Below are positions 1 to 12,247 of a DNA stretch of 64,000 nucleotides, piece by piece. The notes beneath the pieces were generated by a model. The model worked only from the letters and a program-made list of their open reading frames with translations, did no database searches and was not told where the DNA came from. Numbering within the stretch: the first letter of the stretch is position 1; each line of letters starts with the position of its first letter. Origin of the DNA: Chrysomallon squamiferum (taxonomy: Eukaryota > Animalia > Mollusca); the NCBI GenBank assembly GCA_012295275.1, contig CM022672.1, positions 6,634,001-6,698,000 of the forward strand, in the 5' to 3' direction. The translations under genes and the position numbers were made by a program.

Positions 1-398
1 CAATAAAATAAATAAATAAATGAACGACAATAATCCTTTATCATAAAGATTAATACATACACGTGTACAGTTTTATCAATATTTTAAATAACTATACTTA
101 CCCCAACGAAAGGACGATGGCAACTGTAACCAAATACATGATTTAATATATGAGCCTAAAAAAAGAGAAAGAAATCTAATATGAAAAGAAGTTGTCTTTC
201 TTTTATCTGTTTTTGTATATTTTATTTTTTTTATTATTATTATTCTTATTACCTTTTATCTTGTTTAAAAAAAAAAAAAAATTATTATTATTATTTAAAA
301 CGTATTTGTAAAACCTGTAATTTTGTTGATAGTTTATTTTTATTTCTGATTCTTTTTTTAAAATAATGAATATTTTTTTTAGTTTGTAAATTATATAA

Positions 399-465
<67 letters not shown>

Positions 466-1373
466 TTTCCTATTCATAGCTGCAATTTATTAAAACACAC
501 ATACACACACAACTCACACATACATACATACACACTCACACTCACTCACACACACACAGACACAAACCCACGCATTCACACCCACACCCACACTGAGAGA
601 TTTACTCAGTGTAATTTCAATATTAACATATTTTAATGAACTGCTGTATAATTCATCCAGAAATTAAACGAAATTTAATCTCTGTGACTAATATGGATGA
701 CCTAAGTGTAATGTAGGAAAAACTCGACTCACCACCAAAACCAGTAAACTAAATGATTACCAAAACCTGACTTTTTTTTTAACTAGCAGATTAGACAGGT
801 GAGATTTCTCACCGATTACATGTCCGAGTTAATCAGGAAATAAGATACACGACCTTTGCAAAAGATAAGAAATGAACACAAAAATAATTTTATATACAGC
901 GGGGGAGTGTTTCTTTCTATTGCTGAAATGATAACCTGTTGTTCTTTTTAAATCTGTTTTTGTAAAGCATTATAGTAGTAATGATGGTGACCTTGTTGAT
1001 GTAGTAATGGGTGATTATGGTTGTGGCAGTAGTGGTGATGATGGTGGTAGTGGTAGTATTAATGTTGTAATAGTAGTAGTAGTTGTGAAGATATTAGTAG
1101 TGTAAGTAGCAATAGCGGTGATCAGGAACAGTAGAAGTGTTATTGGAGCTGCCATTACTATTAGTGATACTGCTGCTACTTCTACTGCTACTACTACTGC
1201 TACTACTGCTACTGTTACTGCTATTACTACTGCTACCACTACTACTATTATTACTGTTGCTGCTGTTATTATTATTATTATTGACGCTATTAAATAACAA
1301 CAACAACAACTAATAATAATAATAATATCTCTTTTCACATTTTTAAAACATTTTTTATTCAGTCGTTTGTGTC

Positions 1374-2659
1374 TCAAGCCAGCGACAGTTTCACCCACTG
1401 AACTGCAAATTCAGCTTCTGTTATTTGGTGGTTGTCTGAAAAACATTTAAAATAAGATGGGTCAACCAGTCTTTATTAATAACAAAGTAGTAAGTTCACA
1501 GTTACGTAGAAGCAAGTAAATAAAATAAAACTCGAAAGACTGAGTCGCTAATTGCAAACTTCAGGAAATTCCACCTAATTTGTTATATAAATTTAATTTT
1601 TAATTTTTTTTAAATTTATTTATTTATTTATTTATTTTTTTTATTATTTTTTTTTTTTTGGTAGACAGAAATAAATAAAACATCAAGTATATAAAATACA
1701 TTTACAATTTTTCCTCTTACCACCAAAGATAAACATTGAGTACAAGCTATTTATTTTACTCGTGGCTAATATTAACTAATTTTGTTCACCGATACAAAAT
1801 TAATTTGAAATAAAAAAAATAACAGTAAAGCAACAGCAGCTGCAACAACAACAACAACATTTTGAAAATAGAAATTATATATATAAGAAGAAAAATAACA
1901 ACAACAACAACAACAACAACAATTATAAAAATAATAATAAAACATGTAGCAATAATAATTATGGTATTATAATAATTAATAATATTATTATATTTTTTTT
2001 TTTCTGTAACAACAGCAACAACAAGAACAACACGAATAAAAACAAAAACAAAATATTAATATAACGCTTACGGTCCAAATCAAAGTAGTTGAAGACAAAG
2101 TTCAGGTCTACATTTTCCGTCAGCTGTCCGTCTTTGTTGACGTCTATGTTGTAAAACAGAACTATCGCCTCATTGCTTGGACCTAGTTCAAATTCTGACC
2201 ACTGTCCTACGAACTCTGGTGTAGTTACTACTCCATCGTCTGCAACGAAAGGCATATATGATTGTTTTTATTTAGCCTGTATGTATATTAACATAACACA
2301 GCTCTCTAGATTTTGTTTTAAATTACTGTTTAGATTTCTGTACTCGTATAGCCATTTATTTATATATTTATCATTCGTAAACACAATCACAGACACACGA
2401 ACGCACGCACGCAAAACGCACGCACACTTACACACACAGAGAGAAAATAAGATGTAGTTATATATGACGATGCAACGACGAACTATTCTCATCAAAGGCC
2501 AGGAATATTTGGATGAACTCTTTCAAACGAATGAGATGATCGTGGTCGAAGTCTCCCTTCCGGAACAGATTGCGAGCTTCTACGCTGTCTCCAACGTGTG
2601 CGTTAGGAACACACGAACTGAAATAAACAGACCCAAAGATGAAACTTGTTTTTTTTTAT

Positions 2660-2692
<33 letters not shown>

Positions 2693-2706
2693 TTGTTTTT
2701 GGCACA

Positions 2707-2786
<80 letters not shown>

Positions 2787-3477
2787 TCTCTATACTCTAC
2801 ACTCTCTCTGTGCATGTGTATTGTGTGTTCTGCAGTATCTTTCTATTTCTCTTTCATTCTGATTCTCCGTCTCTCTCTCTCTCTCTCTGTTTTTCTCTAT
2901 ACTCTACAATCTCTCTGTGCATGTGTATTGTGTGTTCTGCAGTATCTTTCTATTTCTCTTTCATTCTGATTCTCCGTCTCTCTCTCTCTGTTTTTCTCTA
3001 TACTCTACACTCTCTCTGTGCATGTGTATTGTGTGTTCTGCAGTATCTTTCTATTTCTCTTTCATTCTGATTCTCCGTCTCTCTCTCTCTCTTGCTCTAT
3101 TCTGTCCTTATATGTGTGTATGTATCTATGTATGTGTGTGTGTTTGATACAATGATATTTACTACTACTACTATTCTCTTTCTCTCTCTCCCTTGCAGTC
3201 TCTTTCTCACAAACTTTCTCTCACTTTGTCTTTCTACTTACATCCAGCGAAATCCCAGGAGAAGGTATATTCAAATTTATGAACGGGAAAAACAATCGTA
3301 ATTTTTTTTAAATTATGTATCACATAGTCATAATCTATTTGCTTTTCTACTAGATGTATAAATACTTTTATGGGACAATAAACAGACGATACTGAATTTA
3401 TATATAACCATAATAATTCTCTTAAATGACACCTACCAGAAGGAAAATAAAGCTGTTATCAGTAATAGGTGCTGCAT
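1374..3477 (-). CDS. Small secreted four-EF-hand Ca2+-binding protein (134 aa), resembling molluscan insoluble shell-matrix EF-hand proteins
   Basis: Four exons with GT-AG boundaries and matching phases: 3437-3477, 2484-2617, 2072-2239, 1374-1435 (405 nt). Translation: MQHLLLITALFSFCSCVPNAHVGDSVEARNLFRKGDFDHDHLIRLKEFIQIFLAFDENNDGVVTTPEFVGQWSEFELGPSNEAIVLFYNIDVNKDGQLTENVDLNFVFNYFDLDHNHQITEAEFAVQWVKLSLA*. Hydrophobic signal peptide plus four DxDxDG-like loops. Confidence 0.85.
2770..3090. repeat. Tandem repeat of about 100 bp, three copies, each ending in a (TC)n run, intronic
   Basis: The unit tgtttttctctatactctacactctctctgtgcatgtgtattgtgtgttctgcagtatctttctatttctctttcattctgattctccg(tc)n occurs three times almost identically. 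Confidence 0.9.
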
Positions 3478-3966
3478 GGTCTGAAACGAGAAACTAAAAT
3501 CGTATTATTAACAGATGAAAAATCCACACAAACGCAATTAAATATCGATTTTAATATAATTTCTGATTGCAAAATTCGTAAGCTCTTAAAAATTTTATTC
3601 TAAAAATTCAATTTATATATATATATATATAAAGATTATGAATTAATATTTTTTTAAACAGTTACCTGGTTGCTTTGTTTCAAATGAGCAATGTTTCAGA
3701 TAAGTTTTGTTTATTGTTATTTTAAACAGATGTCATTTTTCCCAAAGGTAATAATTTAGTTCTCAGAAAAGTTATATTTATATATTAGCTAAATGCAGTC
3801 ACAGCTAAACAACAAAAAAAATGGTTACTACTCAGATAGATATTGTTAGAATCCGAAACACTCACATGGTTCATTATATACATTCACGTTAGAATACATC
3901 TATAGAAAAACCTGCATAAATATAATACCACTTTTTTTTCACATATGCTCTCCAATGTTCACACTT

Positions 3967-4088
<122 letters not shown>

Positions 4089-5061
4089 ACACAAAAACCG
4101 TATGCATAAAAACTGTATTATGTATGGAATGTATGTTTCAACCTCAACTTTAACAATACGAGGCAGAAAACCCAAAGCAGTTTCATTTATGCACCTTTTT
4201 CCCAATTAACATCCCGTAATCTTTTATCTGAATCTTACTATGACCAACACAGCACATACCTCGTCTTTTATTAATTCTGTCGTAAGCACGTGTCAGGAAA
4301 GAAAGTTGACAATGAACACATCCTTTGTACTTCTCATCTTAATTGACTTTTATTTACTCTTAGCCCATATAATCAATCACTCAAAGGTCAGTTGAATAAC
4401 AGTTATATTTTCTTGCATATTATTATTAACCAATTTCTATCACTCCGAAATTTATTCAGAAACGGATTTATTTAGAAATGAAGGTTTCAGCAACATAGTG
4501 ATATTTCTTCTTTATTTGCAGAAGTGTGAATCATAGAAAAACAAAGCAAAACAACAACAAACAAAAACAAAAATAAAACCCGTAAACATTTTTTTTTAAA
4601 TTTCTGTATGTAATTAATCTGAGATCCAGTGATTGCATCTTATGCAATTGCTATCATGGGTTCTTATTTCGGAATGAAAAGTCTATGGACTTTACCAAAG
4701 ATTTGTATTTCAATCTGAGATTCAAGTGCGTTAAAGGATTTTTTCTTTGATGTTCAACGGTATGTGAAAATCCTCTCCGATATACTTTGTCTATTCAGAC
4801 AAACATGATAAATATTAGTAAAGTCAAAATTAACAATTATATTGGATAACAAGCAGAATTTGCACGTTTGTTCAATTCATTAAAAATTATTTGATAAATA
4901 AACAGAATCAGAATGAAACTAGATCGAAAACAGTACAAAAATAATTAATATTATATGGATGAACAAGAATCAAATAGTAATAAATGCTACATAGACGCTT
5001 CCAGTTTTAGTTACTTAATAAAAACAAGAAACATAACAGAAGAACAGTTATTAACTAGTGA

Positions 5062-5118
<57 letters not shown>

Positions 5119-5144
5119 GATACAAATACACAACAGATTATCAG

Positions 5145-7904
5145 TTAGAAAATACGTTCAAAATGCTGAGTAGTAATCGCTTTTTGTTGCATTTGCAGCT
5201 GCTGCTGTCCAAAAGCGCGTCTTCTTGGCGGCGCAAGGTACTCGAACATGGAGGTGGAGTGCCGCGACAACATCGACATCAGGTCTGACGGCATGGGATC
5301 AGTCCAGAAGAAGTCGTGGTTCAGGGCGGTGTCGGAGTCGATGCGTTTTGCCGGGTCCATTGTCATCAGTTTGTCCAGAAGATCCAACGCATACTGATCC
5401 CCTACGTACGTCTTCAGCCGTTCTTTGACCTTCCGTTTCTGACCTTTCGGAAGTTCGAGTTTATCGTACAGCTCGAGATTTTCTACTCCAGGCCAGATGT
5501 CAGGAGAAACAGATCCACAGAGCTGCGTGATCAACAGAAGCTGGTGCTGTTCCGTGTTGCCTTGCATTATGGGACTTCTTGTCCACATCTCCGCCATGAT
5601 GCACCCTGCTCCCCATATGTCAATGGCCGGGGTGTAGTTTCTTTCCCCGAGCAAAAGTTCTGGGGCTCGATACCACAACGTGACTACTCTGTTAGTGAAA
5701 CGGTTCGGTTGACCTCTGGTAGAAGTACTGAATGCTCTAGCAAGGCCAAAATCAGCGAGTTTGAGAATTCCAGTTTTCGTGATGAGAATGTTGGCTGCTT
5801 TCATGTCTCGGTGCAAGATCTTGTTCGTGTGGATGAAGTACAAGCCGTTGAGTAACTGCTGGATTACTTTCTTCACCTCGCCCAGAGTAAACTTGACGGC
5901 AGCGTTACTAAGCAGTCCAGCCAAATCGTGTTCACAGAACTCGAACACTAAATAAAACGTGCTCTTGCATCTGTTAAATGGTGATGCTGAAAATTGTGAT
6001 ATTAAATTTTAGAAACCACACTATTAACATCAGAATTAATAACCCCAACAATATAAAAACAATATTCTGAAATATTAAATTTTAGAAATCACATCAATTT
6101 AACACTAGTATTATATAAGAAAAAAAAAATTAAGATATTCTAATATCGTTCACCATTGTATTTTTAAAAGTATAGAAATGAAAATGAAACTAACTCATTT
6201 TATTATGACATGAACCTAAAGACATTTCAGTAACTACAAAAAAAAAAAAAAAAAATAAAAAAATAATTGATGAATTAACAAATTATTTATCACCCGTCTT
6301 AGATTATTTTTGTGTATCAATGAAATTTCTACATAAAACTAATGTAACCGTTCGATTTTGTCTAGATATCTTGTGTGTTTTAATGTAATAATCATTTTGA
6401 TTAAGTATATCACACGAAAGAAATTAATATTATGTTACCCTGTTTAGGATACAACACTTTAGAGTAAGTAGCCCATGTTATTTCGTCATAACATTATTCT
6501 TACCTTTACTTCGACAGATTTCAATAAGCTCCACAATATTTTCATTCTTCAGCAGCTGCAGTATTTTTATTTCGCGTATGGCGGTTATCGGAAACTGTAA
6601 TAGAAGAACTGCTATTACTGTATTAGTGTCTCAACAAAAACACACTGTTTACGTATTTATGCGAGTACTTAGTTACTGAATGTCGACACCTCATTGATTA
6701 ATTAGTTATTTCAGTAATTGTCTAATCAAAATATTGTTTAAGACATTCCCAAGTTTTTCTTTCTCTCTCGCTCTCTCTCACACACGCACATGCTCACACA
6801 CACACCACACGTTGTAATCACCATTATCATCATCGTCATCATCATCCAAGCTTTAACAGCAATATTTAAATTAATTATTTTACTCACGCCCTCTTTCTCA
6901 TTTTCCATTAGAACTTTTTTCATGGCGACCATTCTCTTTGTCTTTCGGTCCCTCGCCTTGAAAACTTCACTGAAAAAAAAAAAAAAAAAAAAAAAATTAG
7001 TATTAAACGATTGATTGAAGGTCCGTGGCTCTGAATTTCTGAGTCGCAGAGAATTTTCTTTTTTAAAAACACATTACAAAAAATTGGGGTTGGTTTTTGA
7101 GGGGCTGGAACGGATTAATGGTATTTCAATTAATTTCAACTGGGAAAGTTGATTTGATTTACGAGCAAATTGAGTTACGAGTCAGTCACGGAACGAATTA
7201 AACTCGTCAGTCAAGGTAGCACTGTATATATACAAACATATATATATAATAATAGTAATGCATACATTAGTAGTAATATTTGCACAGTATTATGTACTAA
7301 CACTAGTACTAGTACTAACAATAGTAGTAGTACATTAGAATAGCAGCAGTAGTAAATATACAGTGATAGTAGTACTCTAGTGGTTGTGATAGTAGTAGTA
7401 GTAGCAACAACAGGAGCTGTTGCAACAACAGCAGTAGTAATAATAAAACGTGGTTGTTACTGCTGTTAGATTTAAATTTAATGAAATAGAAAACAACAAC
7501 GTAACTATAAATGTATTCAGTTGTATTGTGCCTAAGGGGTCATGCAGTGATGCAAGGTGTGCCGACATATAGTGTAAATATAAAGTATACATAGTATATA
7601 TATATATATATATATTTATTTATTTATTTTTTTTAATACAGGTAGATCATTTTGACCAGGTCATTTTAAAAGTAGCTCGCAAGCTGAAAAAGTGTGGGCA
7701 TTTGGTCCAGATCTTAAGTTGCATATTTACAAAATTAGTAATATAATATTTTGGAAATAGTAACGTACATCACACATTTGTTTTTGAGTCTAGAGGAGTT
7801 ATATATAAACTTAGCTTACCCAAATGTTCCTTGTCCAATTTTGGTGAGTTTTTCGTATTTAGTCTCTTCATGACAAAAAGGAAAAACAAGATCATCATTT
7901 TTCT

Positions 7905-7908
<4 letters not shown>
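5145..7908 (-). CDS. CDK9: Cyclin-dependent kinase 9 (P-TEFb kinase), 367 aa
   Basis: Exons 7820-7908, 6888-6969, 6504-6594 and 5145-5986 (1104 nt, phases consistent). Motifs [66 protein letters not shown] and the CDK9-type C-terminus EYLAPPRR...FERIF. Confidence 0.95.
7101..7226. mobile_element. Terminal fragment of a Tc1/mariner (pogo/Tigger-type) DNA transposon in CDK9 intron 1
   Basis: Ends ...ggaacgaattaaactcgtcagtcaaggtagcactg|ta, a typical Tigger-like terminus followed by TA. No partner TIR found. Confidence 0.55.
7640..7700. mobile_element. Short hAT-MITE-like relic
   Basis: aaaagtagctcgcaagctgaaaaagtgtgggca resembles subterminal sequence of non-autonomous hAT elements. Truncated. 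Confidence 0.35.
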
Positions 7909-7943
<35 letters not shown>

Positions 7944-8029
7944 CTTTAAAGTTAAAAACAAATACATAAAAAATGTCACTAAACAATTCACATTCTTGTA
8001 ATTTTACAACTGTTGTAATTTTAACACGC

Positions 8030-8150
8030 TTTGCACGTGCGTTGCCAGATCCAAGTAGCGTTGTACGCCATGTTTTTCTTCGGTGATTATTTTGTGAAAA
8101 TGAGTGAGTGAGAGACCGACGGAAAGACAGGTACGCAGGCAGGTACGACA
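8030..8150 (-). promoter_or_regulatory. Probable CDK9 promoter
   Basis: CpG-enriched patch just upstream of the ATG with palindromic E-box GCACGTGC (8033-8040) and YY1-like AAACATGGCG on the minus strand (8066-8075). Confidence 0.45.
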
Positions 8151-9155
8151 GTTACAACTAGAACTAATACCACTACTTCAATGACTACACTAACTTCTAC
8201 TACTGCTACAATTGTTACTACTAATACCACTATGACTACAATTATTACTACAACTATTACTATAAATAATACTACTATACAATAAGATACATAACTATTA
8301 CTATTTTAAAAATACACTGTACAGTAAGATTAATAACCATTACTATTAATAATAATATACTACAATAAGATAAATAACTATTAGTATTGCCACTGTTACA
8401 GCTTTTGCTACTACTATTACTACTAATAATATTAATAATATTAATAATAAAGCTATCCACTGAACACTTGAAACATATCTGAAGATCATTATTATCATCT
8501 TTTCTCGTTTAATATTTAAGACCAATAATAATTTGTAATTAGTTAATTAAATTAGGTTTATAATTAAATATACGCGTTGCTAGGGCCCGCAACATGCATA
8601 TCAGCATAAATACTATTTCATTTGTTAACAGTAAAAACAAATGAAACGACGATTGTTTAATTCCGAGGGACTTGTTTATTATATTTTAAAATGCATACAG
8701 TGAAGATAATTTTGAAAAATTTACACGTTTACATAAAGTAAATGATTTCTAACATTACCGCTAACAAAGATATCTAATTATCTGATCAATATGTGTTTAA
8801 ACAAATGTGGAAGAGTGGTAGGTGTTGTGTGTCTCTAAGTTGTTGTTTTGTTTGTTTTTCGTTAAAGAATGTAAGTGTCAATGATATGAATGTCTATGTA
8901 TGATCCAAACATTTCAGGCATATTATTCATACATGGAATATTGGTTTAATAGTTTGTGTAAGACAAATAATTAAACATTCCTAAAAACTTATTTCCAGTC
9001 GTCTTTAAAATGGTTATTATTAATATTATATTACAGTCAATTTTTAATACGATTAAATTTTATTACTCCGTACTTCAATAAAATGTATTATTAGAATCAT
9101 TATCAACAAAGTTATCCTTAAATAAATATTTTAGTCAACAGTGATAAGACAACGA

Positions 9156-11140
9156 TCATTTTAGTTTCACATCCGAGGCTTTACTGTTGCTGGAAAACGA
9201 CTGACAGTTGGCGTTAAGAAACACCATTGAATCAATTTCATCACTATCCAGACAAACTCTTCTGTCGATCACTGAATCGCCTCGTCCAGAAAATATTCGT
9301 TCACTAGGGGCACAAGTTGCAGGAACGCAGAGGTATTTTTTCGCAAGTCTGCTTAGTGTCGGGTACGCGTAACCATATTTCATCCACCACTGCCAAGGAT
9401 CACGATCCATTTCCAAATCGGGCTCCGACCGGTAGGTCTGAATCTCATTGTCAATGCGCTGGCTTGTGGAAATAGACGGTTTCTCTTCTGGTGGAATCAA
9501 ATCGCCCAACCAATCAGACAGCTTTTGGCCCGGTTCTTCTCTATATGTAAATGTTCGAGACATTTTCATGATCGGTTCGAGTGTTTCTTCGTCGATATGT
9601 TCCGTTGCGAAATCTATTTCCAAAGACAGATGGTTGGAATCCGCAGTGGTTGTGTCTGGGTATTCTTGTGGCTCGACTTTGACCGATACGTTTGACGCTA
9701 AAACGTGTGACAGAGCTTCTTGTTTGACCTGCTGGAAAATCAGATTCCTTTCCGCTTCATCCAAAAATGACAAATGCTTACATCTAGGATCGAGTGCCGC
9801 AGCAATATGTAGGAAGTTCAGAACAGGTTTCTGGTCAAATCTTCTAGACAGATCGTTAAGGATAAAAGATTTTGTAGATTTCTGAAACTGGCTGTCTGAA
9901 ATGGTCGTCTGCAAACCTCCTTTAAGTTTTGTCACCACCAAACTAATTAGCGAAGCCGTAAGTGACTTTTCCATTGCCATAAGCTGTGTAGCAGTTGTAA
10001 AAGGTTTGAGGACACCAATTAACTCCCGAGCTTGCTGTAGTTCCCACTGACTCAACATTAGAGAACGCTTGCTCTCCACTGCATGCATCATAACAGCACA
10101 TATAGCAGAATCCTGCTCTAAAACCCTCTCAATCATGTCTGCTGTTGACTTCCACTGAAGACTGTTGTCCATCATGAGTTCGTGCTGAGGCAGACCCATG
10201 CACCTCTGCTTCTCCTGTAAGGCCATTCGAGAAGATGTGTCGCATTTAAAATGAGCCACGAGTCTCCGAAATTTAACAAGTAATTTTGATATGTTTTCTT
10301 GTGAATAACAATTCTTAATGGAATAATTAAACGAATGGCAAATACAAGGCAGCAATATGGATATGAATTCCCAGTTGGATCGTCTGTTATCATCGTTAAC
10401 TCTGCTAAATACTGCAGACGGATTTCGCACATTCCATTCGTTGGCTACATCATTCATGACGGCACAAACGTCGTCATCTGCCTCGGGTCCTGATATTTCC
10501 CTCGTGTTGAGCACGCACTGGTGCAGTTTCCAAAGCGAATCAATAAAGTGGGCAGTAACAGTTGTGTACCAGTTCAGAGATTTAGACTGCCACAATTCCG
10601 CCGTTAAGGAATAACTTTCGGCATCATTAATGATTCTCAAAAGTTTATCCTTGGTTTCACGATATGCAGGCGTCAGTAGTTTGTGTATGAGGTAGGAGGG
10701 TGGTGGTAGTGAATAATCAGCACACAGCTGCGCACACAAAAGTCTAAACGAGGAAGACTCGACAGATGTCAAAGGTAGCAGGTTCTCTACTAGGTACGAT
10801 GAAACCGCAACATTAATCAGCTGTGTTTTTTGTAACGGTAATTTTGTCTTTTTTCCCACGACGCCAAAGGGTCCTGTAAATGATTGACGTTTGCCGACTG
10901 GCAGAGTTGTTGTTGGAATTCATATGGATGTCGTTTGTCAAGATGAGATGCCATGTTGGTAGTGTTACCACTGTATTTGGTCACGTGACCACACAGTTTG
11001 CATAGTGCCCGCTGTCTGTCTATGTAATCGCCATTTTCATCCACCTCGAAGTGATAAAAATGCCAAACGTTACTAGAAGCCTTTCCCCAGAAATCTTTAA
11101 ACATCACAACTTGACTTCCCTGGGATAGATCGTTCGACAT
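9156..11140 (-). CDS. BED zinc finger / hAT transposase-derived protein (ZBED1/DREF-like), intronless, with a -1 frame break between the BED finger and the transposase body
   Basis: ORF 10817-11140 encodes a BED finger (SNVWHFY...ALCKLC...GNTTNMASHLDKRH). The overlapping ORF 9156-10859 encodes the hAT core (YTTVTAHFID, CICH, ALDPR) and the hATC dimerisation domain (DPWQWW...YPTLSRLAKKYLCVPATCAPSERIFS). No convincing TIR or TSD. Confidence 0.85.
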
Positions 11141-12189
11141 TATTATTCAGGGAACTAATTCGATTTTAAATTAAACAACTAGACTGTTGGAAACAATTTC
11201 GACGACTGAGCCAAGCTAAAAATTGGCCACAATGTTGTTTAAGTTTCCTACAGCTCACTATAGTATACCACAATCGCCATTTCTCTGAAAAACATCGCCA
11301 AGTAATCGATTCTTTTGGTCTTTGTTCAATGTTAGTTTTATCCAAGTGACAAACCGCAAGCAATGTCGATCGGCCCCTCTATAAATAGACGATCATCGAG
11401 CCTGCAGTCAGGCGACCTAGTTTAAACGCATGTCAGCGATGTACTTGATTCATAGCCTGCGTAAAACATTGAACCGATAAATGCGCCAGTGTATTAAACG
11501 CTTGGTTGTAATAGGATTAGCAAAGACTTATGTCGATTAATATCTCCTCCCCCCATATTTATTTGTTTCCTGTTTTTATTTTTATTTTTATTTTTTATTA
11601 TTACAGTTAAAAAACATAAAATACAAAATTGGCAAAACGAATCAATCAATATTACATATTCTGAAAATAATGTATGCTAATTATTAATTCCAACAAACAA
11701 AATAAAGCTAAGACTATAAAGACTATCTAAAGTATTAATTTGCTGGAAACGGTGGATTAAGGAAAAATATATAAGTATTTTTTATTTATTTTTATATTTA
11801 TTTATTTATTATTATTATTAGTTTATTTATTTTTATTTATTTTTATTTTTTATATATATAATTAAACCCATTCCACCTCGAAAGTCATATATCCATCAGT
11901 GTACACTTTTACGAAGTCCTCAATTCACGTTCATTATCGGTAACTTGACAGTGGGAGGATTTAGCAGAAAGAACATTTTAATTTGATATTTATATAAAAA
12001 TGCAAGATAATACTATTACTGTTGTTGTTGCTGTTGCTGTCGTTGTTGTTATAAATGCACAGTTTGCCTGATAACTCTAGAACCTTACAGTTATCTGATG
12101 TAGTTTCTTTCATTTCAGATTAGCAGCCAGAAAAGAAAAGTAAACTTTGGCCTCTTCACGTGCGATAAGTTGCAGGAAATTTGAGGCAG

Positions 12190-12247
<58 letters not shown>

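Noticed and set aside
5225-5955. Plus-strand ORFs antisense to CDK9, and similar ones antisense to ZBED, TLR, ASB and NUP214
   Set aside because: Shadow ORFs of real coding exons with no recognisable domains.
8581-11420. Possible hAT TIRs around the ZBED gene (tagggcccgc at 8581; ggcccctcta near 11372)
   Set aside because: Poor complementarity and no 8-bp target-site duplication.
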